Part shown: positions 1 through 10,671 of the stretch, one piece after another | Position numbering within the stretch: position 1 is the first letter of the stretch | Layout of the letters: each line of letters starts with the position of its first letter | Assembly: GCA_001724265.1 (NCBI GenBank) | Contig: MEDY01000012.1 | Coordinates: 124,001-188,000 of the forward strand | Length of the DNA stretch: 64,000 nucleotides | Direction of reading: 5' to 3' | Source of the DNA: Rhizaria sp. SCN 62-66 | Lineage: Eukaryota | The notes under the pieces: model-generated | Seen by the model: only the letters and a program-made list of their open reading frames with translations | What the model was told of the DNA's origin: nothing | Databases searched by the model: none | Translations under genes and position numbers: made by a program

Positions 1-2730
1 GACTGCGGTGTCATCATCCCATAAAAATGCGACTGTAGCCGACATATAGCGTGACAGAAGCTGGTTATCTTCAGCACCTTCAATAGCGTAGCCAGTCGTG
101 GCGTCTACAATGCAAGTAACAGACAATAACAGGGGATTAAGAAAGCATAATGAGGGTGCGTTTGAGATCGAAACTTTGGCGGGTTGCGATTAAAGGACAC
201 ATGTTCGGAGCAGAGAGATGTTAGAACGTACCGATCACACAGTCGCCGTTTTCGTAGAAATTGAACCCGCCGTTGGTGATCGTCGCCCAGTCGAGCAGGC
301 AGTGGTCCTGGTACGTGGGGGAGTCACGGACCCTTTGCTGCTCAAACTGGAAGATTTTGATGAGTTGATCCATGTTAAACACGTTTCCTTGCTGCGCGGA
401 GTAAATCACCTCGAGCTCGCGCTCGACGGAGGAGCGCATGAGCAGCACGGGCGCGACGTACTCGAGCCGCACGTTGTTGAACTCCTCCGCGGCGCGCGCG
501 CCCTGCGAGCGGAAGTAGCCGCCGTCAAGGTTCCAGTCGGTCACTTCGAGCGGGAAGTCGGTCCAGAGGAAGTTGACGAAGCTGCCGTTGGTCCAGGCCG
601 AGGCAACTGCGACGAACCAGAGCACGAGGAGGATGAAGTAGGCCAGGAAGCAGCTCATGCACGGCCGTTCCACGGCCAAACGCAGGTGTTGCATCGGCGT
701 AAAAGGCGTCGACCGCTTGTCCACGACGCTGTCCTCGGCGCTTGCGGCGCCGGCGCCCGCGGGGCCTGCCAGCGCGCCCGTGCCTAGGGGTCCGTGTGCG
801 CCGCCCGGCCCGCCGCCGGCGCCCGCGGCCGCCGCGCCGGAGAGCCGGATCGCCTCGGCGCGCGCGATGGCGTCGGCGGCGGACTTGGCGCGCGCGGCCG
901 CGGCCGTGGAGACCAGCACGGCGGGGTCGTCGCTGACCGCCGTGAAGGCCGACATCGGCGGCGCCGTGGCGCGCGCGAGCAGCGTGCCGTCCTCGCGCAC
1001 CACGTACTGCGGCTTCTCGGCCGCCGCAGGTCCCGCGCCCACCGAGTTGTCCCCGTCGATAGTGTAGACGCTGCCGCGCGCGCCGCCCCCCATGTCGTTC
1101 GTAGCTGCGCTGGCGCCGGCCGCGCCGTTGACGCTGTTGGCGTGCTGCTCTTGCGCCTGCGTGAAGGCGTACTCGGTCACCGCGGCCTCGGCCGTCGTGT
1201 ACCCGCCCAGCGCGCCGCGGTCGCGCAGCATGGCGCGCGCAGACAGCGCGTCCTCCACGGCGCGGTCCTCGGCGCGCGCGCGCAAGAATGCCTCGGCCTC
1301 CTCGCGCGCCGTGAGCCCGCTCTCGGCCGAGACGGCCGTCAGATGAGCCTCGTTGGCGCGTTCACGCTCGGCTCGGTCCCGTGCCGCGCGCTCCCGCTCC
1401 AGCCGCTCGCGCTCGGCGGCGCGCTCGCGGGCAGCGGCGGCCGCGAGATCGTGATCACTGAGCGCGCCGGGGGCGGCGGCGGCGACGCTGTTGTTGCGCG
1501 ATGGGGTGAGGCGCGAGAAGAGCGCCGACTGGCCCAGCGGCCGAGGCGCAACCGCGGACGCCAGCGCAACGCTGTCACCGCCCTGGCTGCCACCGCCTTG
1601 GCCGCCACCGCCCGCTGCCGCGGCCGTGGCGCCGCGAGGGCGCGCGGGCGCGGGCGCGGTCGCGGGCACAGCCCTGCCTTGCTGCTGCTGCTGCTGTTGC
1701 TGTGGCTGCTGCGCGGCGTACAGCGACCTGGGGGGCGAGCGCGACTGGGGCCGCGAGCTCGTCGCGGGCACGTCGTTCACGTTGCTACTCGTATTCGGTG
1801 GCACGGCGGGGCCGTACGCTCCGCGCGGCGCCGGCGTCTGAAGCTGTGAGGCCGAGGCGGCGGCGGGCGCGTAGGGGTCCGGGTGGTACCGGATGTGCTG
1901 ACTGCCGCCACTGCCCACGGTCCCGCCGGAAATCAAGCCGCCTGGGGAGCTGACGGTCCCGCGGGGGCGCAGCCTCGGACTCGCGGCTACGCTATTGCCG
2001 TTGATATTCGCGTTGTTGTAGTTGTTGTTGTGCGACAACGGAGAGCCGTAGGGCCCCATGGCCAGGGCGCCCGCGCCGCCGGCGCCGTGGGAGTAGCGGT
2101 GCGACTGCGGGAGGGGCGCGCGGTGCGCGGTGCGCAGCAGCGCGGTGCTGATGCGTGCCGAAATGAGCGATGCGTCGGGCCAGCCCTGGGGGGCGACGGC
2201 AATATCAATAAGATACGTGGGGGATATAACACGTTAGCAAGAAATATTCATCACGGTTTATCAATGCAATTAGAGCATAATAACAAAAGCGCACTGCTAT
2301 GATGACATGTTGATGTAGTTGGCTGTTATGGAAGAGAGGAGCATACCTGTCCCGCGAGCGTCGAGTGCACGAGCACGTCGTCAACCGAGACCTCGAAGAC
2401 CGAGGCCGAGGTCGACTCCGCGGCAATCTCGATCGGCAGCAGCCCGTCCTCGGCCGGATTCGAGTCGTTGAACTCAGTCAGCAGCGCGTTAGAGAGCGCC
2501 AGGAAGCGCGACTCGTAGCCGGAGCAGTACTGGATGAACACGCGGACCTGCGGGAAAGAAAGGAAAAGTACAATATGACAAGGAAAAAAACAACTTAAGC
2601 ACAGGCGAATATCGTATCAATCCACAAATTAAACCTTTTACGCGCGACCGGGGAAACTGGGAGCACGATACGACGCTTAAGTGTAATGTTAAAGTGAACG
2701 TACGCGTGCCCTGCCGTATGAGGCGCTCAT
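1..2730 (-). CDS. Rdx (SelW/SelT-like) domain fused to the N-terminal part of a Dispatched/Patched-like membrane protein; 3' end beyond window start
   Basis: Spliced model 2730-2704, 2547-2347, 2185-232, 104-<1, all GT-AG and in frame. N-term VRVFIQYCSGYESRFLALSNALLTEF...FEVSVDDVLVHSTLAGQGWPD resembles the Rdx fold. A long Ala/Gly/Gln linker follows, then a TM helix (CFLAYFILLVLWFVAVA) and LEVIYSAQQGNVFNMDQLIKIFQFE, resembling the first luminal loop of Dispatched/PTCHD proteins. Any sterol-sensing domain would lie outside the window. Confidence 0.7.
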
Positions 2731-3807
2731 TTTGCGCGACAACAGCAGCTACCTACGCCGTCACAGGACAATGAACAGACGCCGGGCTGCGCGCGTTGTG
2801 ACTCGCGAGCGAGGGAAGGGTGACAGGAGCCAGTGCTGGTGATAGAGACTGCGAGAATGCCTGGTCAGTGCCTGACTGCGCAAGTACGTTTCGCTCTAAA
2901 GTGGGGCAGCGTGATAAAAACAAGGACCGAGGCAACATATACAAAATATAATGTAGGATGTAAGTGCGAAAGTGTCATGCGTGATATACAGACGGAATTC
3001 ATTTGATTTAATGCCTACGGGATGTCACGGAGGTGAGTGCGTCACCCTTAACCGTGCTTTCTGCACGTCGTCTTAACTAGGTCGTTCTCAGGCCTAAAAT
3101 AGATCAACTAAAAAATACGGCTCAGCATATAGATTTACACTGCAAATGGCGTGTCAATGCCGGTATCAAACTTCAAGATTCAATTTGATCCGAAGAGTAA
3201 TGCGCGGAATAATGGACGAGTGAAGGGGTTGTCCTAACGATCAAGTGGTGAGTGACTCAAAGCGAGTTCTGCTGACCATAGTCATTTATGACCGAAATTA
3301 CATTTTTGAAAACGGTAACTTCAATAGTGGAAAAATTTAGAAAAACATGTTACAGGCCACGTAACGGTTTTCGCACGCCGTGTTACCTGTTCAAAATCAG
3401 TCTCCGATTCGAGCCGTTTGACACCCCAAACTCTCGCTATCCTTGTGCAACATCGAAAGATTCGTTAATTTCACCACTGTTATGCTCAGAGAAGCTAGTT
3501 AAGAACGCTTACAAGAACTTCAAGATAATATTTTTTTTTACAAATTGCGTCGGTCGTATAATTTATGTATAGGTTGTTAATTTATAACCCGAATCGACAG
3601 AGGTTGCAGCAACGTTGTCCTCGTTTAAACGGGCCTTCACGAATGGTTCAGGGGGAAAGTCGCGCTCGCCAGTCCTCTTATGAAATAGGATGTAGCAAGC
3701 GCGTGCAGGATGGTGGTGAAAGGTCGCACAGCGGCGATGCGATGTACAGTCAGACAGAGTAGGTAAGTCAAACAGACAGCAACGTTGGTTGAGTCAGGTT
3801 GCTTACA

Positions 3808-4281
3808 TTACTTGGCATCCGGAGCCGGATTCTGAGCCGGAGGCTAAAATGTCGCAAATAAGAGGAGGCACGGAGAGGAGAGACGTAAGAGCTCGTTCGT
3901 CGTAGAAGAGTGCATGCTTGCGCAGGTGAGTTGTGAATGTACAGTTGAGTTACGATACGGTTGGTGGCGAGAGATGGGTTTTACATACTGCCGTTACTGA
4001 CCTTGGTGCAGGCGGCAGCCTCCTCGCGGCACTTGCAGCGCTGGTCCTTGGGGACGTCGGCAAGGGCAGACTCGATGTGCATGCCGCAGCCAGCCCAGGT
4101 GGGCTTCTGGCCTGTTGTGGATGCAGGAGTGAAGCAAAGGGAAACAAGAGAGCAGGATGACGCGGGGATGAGGAAGATTTGTCAGGGGTTCACGGAAAAG
4201 AGAGGTTACACAGAAAAGAAGACAACATTTTGAGAAAATTCTTTGAGACGTACACTTATCACAGGTAACCTTGCGGCACAT
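3808..4281 (-). CDS. 57-aa Cys-rich microprotein (MCRKVTCDKCQKPTWAGCGMHIESALADVPKDQRCKC...)
   Basis: Exons 4281-4254, 4111-4002, 3843-3808 (TAA). If the second intron is retained the protein instead ends ...TKVSNGSM*. The pattern C-x4-C-x2-C, WxGCGxH, RCxC matches a small uncharacterised family I recall from fungi, protists and actinobacteria. Confidence 0.8.
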
Positions 4282-4856
4282 AGTGGTTAAACTAGCTGAG
4301 ATAGATGGAAGTATGAGATAATCGCGAGTTTTGATGAGTCGATGGGGTGGAGTTGCAGTGGCCGTTTCGAGGTTTCAGACCTGAGCACAGTTAAGGGCAC
4401 AAATGAATTTGAGTCACCGCCAAAAATTGAGAGAATACAGAACAAAGCACTGGGTGCATATTGAACGCATCCTTGAAGCTTGCACGCGGATTGGTTGCTG
4501 TGTTCATGTTCCTCAAATGTTGCAGCTCAGCACTCCCAAACGAACACGCCCAAGTCGCCAGGAGTGGCACGTGGGCCGGAATGCATTCGTGGTGGACGCC
4601 ACAATTCCGTGCATACTACGCGCTAAACAGTCGCATATTTATGCAGATACAGTGCAGCGCAGTAGAAAGTACTTCCATGTTGTATTACGCAATCCTTGGT
4701 TTCATGTTGTTATCCAATAAATATCTATAATTTAAAAATCTTGAAAACACTTGGCCACTACCACCACAAACACCGACGGTCCACGCTCTCGAACGACGCA
4801 GCGCTTCAAGGAGTGACTTGAAGTGAGCGTGCACATCGAGCCTTGACGAAACAGAT

Positions 4857-4920
4857 TTACTGCGCACCGAAGGGGTTCCTGCGGCCGCCCTGCTTCCTCG
4901 GCGGCATGCCACTGATCTGT

Positions 4921-4953
<33 letters not shown>

Positions 4954-7900
4954 GACTCGGGCAGAGACGACGACTGCGTGTCATGCGACTGCGACGGGGA
5001 GTGGTGTCCCGTGGCGGCCGCAGCAACGTGCTGCAGCGCCACCGCGCGCATGGCCTCCCTGTCGGCCAGCGTCTTGCGCAGCTGCACCGCGGCCTGGAGA
5101 GCGCCGCCACAGCGCAGCGCCAGGATGTGCATCGCCGTGCCGCTGTAGCGGGTGCTCACGGTCACTTGCTGTTTGTTGCTGCTCACGGCTCCCGACGCGC
5201 CGTCGCCATCTTCCTCAACAGCGTCAGCGTCAGCGGCCTTGCCGTCCTTGCTCTTGTCCTTGTCGTCCTTGGAGCCGGAACCGGAGACCTTGAGCACGAC
5301 CGACTGCACGGCGTCGGCAACTCCCTCGGCGTGCTTGTTCACGCTCACCGCCAGCCGGTCGATCGCGCTCGCGCGGCCCTTAACGCGCGCCGCCACGGCC
5401 GCACGGAACGCCTCCTCCTGCTTCTCGACCTCCTTGGCGCGCGCCTTGTCCGCGGCGCTGGATCCCATATTCGCCAGCGTCCGCAGACCGCCGCCCGAGA
5501 GGTAGCGCCAGAAGCCGCCACGTCGGTGTGAGGCCTCGTGGCCGCTCGCCTGCGCGTCCGTCAGCGCGGCGCCGTCGGCTGCACTAGAAGAGCTGACGCT
5601 GTTGCCGAAATAATCGTACGTGTCGACGATGTTGGCGCTCTCTGCGGGGGCGCTGCGGCCGCTGTTGCTGCTGATGCCGATGCTGGTGTCGTCCGTGAGC
5701 GTGATGCGGCTCATGAAGCCCTTCTTGCCCGCGGTAGTGTTTCCGACCGCGGTGGAGTTGTTGGAGCTGGCGGTGTGAACGGCGACTGACCCACCCCAGT
5801 AGCCGTAGGCGTCGCGGCGGTGGCCGAGGCGGTCCTGCTCCCAGTGAGTCAGCAGGTGCGACAGCGCCGGACTCACTGCCAAGCCAGAGCTCACCTTAGA
5901 AGCAACGCCCTTGCTGGCGGTCGCGGAGTTCTTGCCCTTCGCATTCTGCGCACCATGACCGTTGTTAGAGCTAGTCTGACCGTGTGCGTTATTGCTGTTG
6001 TTGTTATTGTTGAGCGCCGCGCGCACGGTCGGGCCCGGCGCGCTGCCGAGGGTGATAGTGAATTCGAGCGTGCCCCCGGGCTCCAGCGCCGCCGTCACGT
6101 TGGGTAGCTGCACAAACGAACCAACACCACCGAGCAGCTCCTTGCCGCTCGCCGCCGCGCCCGCAGTCTGCTGCGCCGCGGGCGCGCTGACGCCGCCGAG
6201 GAGGCTGTTGACGCCCGCGGCCGCGCCGTCGAAGCCGGTGCCCACAGCGGCGTTGGGTTCGCCCGCGCTCCAGGGCTGCAGCAGCGCCGCGCCGGCCGCG
6301 CCGAGCCGGCCCGCGCGGACGGCCGCGGTGACTGGCCCGGCGCCCAGCCAGAGGCGCGCGGCCAGCACGCCCTGCTCGCCCAGCGCGGCCGCGAAGCCGG
6401 CATCGATGCCGTTGTGGAGCAGCACGGCGCAGCCGGCGAGCCGCAGCGCCGCGGCGGCCGCCTCGTGGGTCGCGGGCGCGCCGGAGCCCAGCGGCGAGGG
6501 GTGCGTGAAAAGCAGCGCAAACGGCGCGGGGGCCGCGAGCGGGGCCGACAGCGGCGCCGCGGCGGCAGAGACCGGGATCAGCGGGGAAATTGACGACTCC
6601 AACAGTGCGCCGTTCGTCGCAGATGCGGTCGCCGTGGCGCTGGCGCTGTAAATCGTAGAGGGGAAGAGCTGGAGCGAGCGACGGCTGCTGCTTGCACTGT
6701 TCGCGGCGTCACTGCTGCTCACGGCCACGGACTGAGGGGGCACAGTGGAGAGGACAGTCTCGGCCGCTCCACCGGTGGCAGCGCTGCTGGTGACGCCCAC
6801 CACAGGAATAGGAACATAGCTGGTCGCGCTCGTCGACTTGACCGCAACGCCGCTCGCGACACCGCTGCTGGCGGTGGTGCTTGGAGGGACCGCGGGCAGC
6901 GAGTCCGGCTGGAAGCGGCTCAGCCCTCGGCGCGCGATCGCATAGGCTAGCGATGTCATCGCGCTGATGCTGCCGCCGACACTGACCCGGTTGGCGCCAA
7001 CAGTCGCACTCGCCCCAGAGAGCGCGCTCGCCGCGCTACCAGCAGAGGCGGAGTTGCTGTTGTTGTTGTAAACCGCGGTGGAGGCGGCCTCGAGGCGGAG
7101 CCGCGCCTCGGACTCGGCGGCCGCGCGGGCCAGCGCCGCGGCGGGCGCCACGGACGGGGTCGCGCCCGCCCATTCGCCCCAGTACGGCGCGAACGACGGC
7201 ATCGCGGCACGGCTGCCACTGCTGTTGCTGCTGTTGTTGAGCAGCGTGGTTGTGGGCCCCGGGGAGATGAAGGCCGAGGCGGGGATGCAGGGCATGTCGG
7301 AGCCGAACAGGAGCGGGATCTGCGCCCCGTCCAGGGGCTTCACGCCGCGCGCCGAGGTGTTGCTATGGTAAGCACCTGCAGTTGCAGTGGCAGCGGTGTC
7401 ACCCGCAGATGAGGCTGGTGAGGATGAGGATGAGGAGGTTGCCTCACTCGAGAGGCTGCTGCCGCCGAGCGTGGGCCACGCGGGGTGTGGCGTGTAAACC
7501 GGCAGCCGCGCCGCCGCCGCCGCAGAGGCCTCGGCCAGGCGCGCGCTCACGGTCACTGCACCGGCCACCGTGCTCACGGTCACTTTACCGACCTCCGCGA
7601 GGCTCCCAGTGTTGACGTTGGCGCTGGCGTTGGGGAACAAGTACGCGTTGAGATCGCCAGTGACGCTTGAGCTCGCGGTGATATTCGCGTTATGGTTCGC
7701 AGTCAGGTCCTTGGTGACCGTGGTGACCCCGCCCTCTTGGCTCACGGTCGCTGCGCGGCCGCCGTCGACGACGCGCCACACGCCGTCCAGGTCCGCGGTC
7801 AAGTCGCGCGCAGCCGCAGAGCCCGGCGCGGGGACGCGCGAACGGTGCGCGCGCGTCGACAGCGACAGGGCCGTGGCGGCGAGCGCGGGCAGCGACAGCG

Positions 7901-10297
7901 CCGTCTGGAAGCGGTCCGCGCGCAGCGGTGCCAGCAAGGGAGAGCTGGGAGGGTACGACGGCAGCGTGACCTGGAACCAGCCCTTGCTCTCGGTGGAGCT
8001 CGCGGCGCTTGCGCTGCTCTCAGCGCTGTTACCAGAAGACGGGGGCTTCACGGCGGGCATGGTGATGGTGATGCCCTTCTCCGCCTCCACGATAGGCGAC
8101 CGCAGGTCTCCCGACGCCGCGCTCGCGAAGGCCACGAGCGGGGACGCAGCAGCGACCGTGAGCAGCGGGAACGCGGCCGAGAGCGCGTACGGGTCCGCGC
8201 AGGCGCCCGCGGCGACCGGGCTCGGGTTCGCGAGGGGCGCGGACGAGGTAAGCGATGAGGACGTCAGCAGCACCGTCTGGCGGGAAGTGAGGCCGCCCGG
8301 GGCCAACGCCGCGGAAGCTAGGTCGCGCGCGAAGTGGGCCAGCACCCACTCGCGGACATCGCCGGCCTCGTTGACCGCAATATCACCCTCGCTAGCGCTG
8401 GTGCTGGCGTTGGCGTTTGTTCTGGTGCTCAGGCCCGTGCTCGAGTCCGCGTGTGGGAACACCTTGGCTCCCACGGCCTGGAAGGCGGCGACGTAGCCCT
8501 GCGCCTCGAGCGCCACGAAGTCGGCGCGCGAGGCGGGCACAACGAGGACCGTGGGCGCGGCCAGACTGAGATGCCCGACCCAGTCCGCGGGCGACCGCGA
8601 GGCGTAGAGCTGCACGCAGTGCGCCGCGAGGGGCGCAAGCTGAGCGAAGCCGCCCTCGATGACGGCGCCGGCTACGGTCGGCGGCAGCGGCGCGAACCCG
8701 GACACGGCCGCGGCGCTCGCACCGGCACTAACAACAGCCGAGCCACTCTTATCACCCTTGCTGTTGTTTGTGGTGAGCGCGAGGCTGGCTGCGTTTTGGT
8801 TGAGGAGCACGCGCACGAGCGGCGGGAAGCGCGCCTGCTGCGCGTAGGCCGCCCTCTCCGCCTGCGACAGCGAGGCCAGCGGCGGGGTGCGCACGGTCAC
8901 CGCAACGCGGCGGTCAATGCTGCCGGGACCCACCAGCACGGGGTCCACCTCGGCCAGGTCGAAATGCAGCAGCTTGGTCAGTGAGAAGGCATCCAGGTCG
9001 GGCCGCAGACACGCTTCGGCATACTCGTTGAGTAGGTCCGCGTGCTGCGGGCGGCCCTGGAGACGGAGCAGCTCGGCGATGGCGCCGTTGCCGCTAAAGG
9101 TGCAGTACTCCAGGCCCGCCAGGTGGGCCATTTGGGTCAGGATGACGCGGTCGCCGAGAGAGAGAGCAGGCTCCGCCTCGTTCATGATGAACTCAATGCC
9201 GAAGCGAGCACCTATAGTAAAGCATAAATGACGATATATCAAAATAATTAAAGAGATTAAGAACAAAACTCATAATACACAGAAATATAAAACAAATCAC
9301 CCCCATAACTCGAAGCAGAAGGTTGACATTCTTGTAAGAGTGCGAAATCTATCTCGTATTGCATACCTGGACGCGCGGCGGTGCTGGCCTTAATCTCGGG
9401 CCAAATGTACCACCAAAGGTCTTGCGCGCTGACGCCGGGCCTGAGCGCGCCCGCCAGGTCCACCAGCACGGCGTCGGCGACGGTCCACGTGAGCGGCTCG
9501 CCGGCCAGCGCGGCCGCGGCCTGCATAGGCGTGACCGCGAGGCCCAGCGCACCCGCGGCCCCGAGCGCGGCGGCGGGGCGCTGCGCGGACGCGGCGTGCG
9601 TGGCCAGCGTAAGCGTGCCCGGGACGGCGAGGGAGAGCTGCGCGTCCACGGGGCTCAGGAAGGCCGGGGCGACCGCGGCGGCGAGCCCCAGCGCGGGCAG
9701 CGCGAGCAGCGCGTCGTCGGCCGCACGGTGCGCATGTGCTGTCGCAGTGGCGGAGTTAGAGCGCGTGACCGCAAGTGCCGCGCGTTGCGCCTGGCCCTAG
9801 CCAAAGGCGCGGTAGTGGGAAAGCACCGATGGCAGGGAGAGGTCGTCTGTGGCGACGCGTGTGGGCAGCAGCTGCACGTTGCCGGTGACGGCGAACGAGG
9901 ACGGCTCCACCGAGTGCATGACCATGATTTTGTCGGTGAGTGAGAGGCGGCGGTCGGAGGAGCGGCGGAAGATGAGCAGGCGGTCCAGCATGCGCATAAG
10001 GACGCGGTTGTAGTCGTACATGTCGAGCGCGCGCGAGACGGCGCCGGTGTCGGTGTGCGAGTGCGCAAGCGCGGGGCTCTCGCTTCCATAGGGCGACAGA
10101 GGCACAGGGGCCGCGGAGGCCGGTGGGGGCAGCGTGTCGCGCGAGATGACCTTGACGCCACGGGAAGGAACAGAAACCACGCCGTGGCTGTGATGCGGTC
10201 CGGAAGTAGCCGATGAGAGCGCAACCGCGGCGACGCGGTGGCTACGGGAGGCAGCGGTAGCCGCAACGCGCGGCGAGTGGGCAGCCAACCCGTACAT
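4857..10297 (-). CDS. Degenerate mitochondrial-type aconitase homologue (about 1761 aa), probable pseudoenzyme; in-frame TAG at 9797-9799
   Basis: Exons 10297-9367 and 9211-4857 (TAA). Presequence-like N-terminus. Colinear aconitase blocks: RRLSLTDKIMVMH, LLPTRVATDD, PGTLTLAT, LAGEPLTWTVADAVLVDLAGALRPGVSAQDL, LSLGDRVILTQMAHLAG, FDLAEVDPVLVGP, swivel-domain AALGEQGVL and LRCGGAL. ORFs 9797..10297 and 9257..9649 are the same frame, separated only by one TAG. Confidence 0.75.
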
Positions 10298-10671
10298 CGA
10301 TCTATAGAAACAGGTGTATGATTTAGAAACATATTATTTAAGAAGTATATTTTCCCAAAACGTTAAATTCTATTGCACTCTGACACGTCGATGTACACGA
10401 TCAAAATCTCCCATTAGCTAGCTTTGAATGTAGGGCTCTCTCTTCCGCAAACAGTGACGATACAGGCCGCACACTTGCTGCAAATAGGAAACAAGCATAA
10501 GAACGTCGAGACGACTTTGAGACAAAGAGAACCAAGCTTTGTAAGACAAACTATTATGTATTTGATGAAACTAAAAAACATAGTAAAATAACCTATACCC
10601 AACTCCCCCTCCTGTCAACGCAACATCATGAAATGATATTGATAACTCATCTATCACACGTCATTGTAGAC

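Noticed and set aside
2347-2547. Possible selenoprotein
   Set aside because: Rdx-like domain has no in-frame TGA; the Sec position is deleted.
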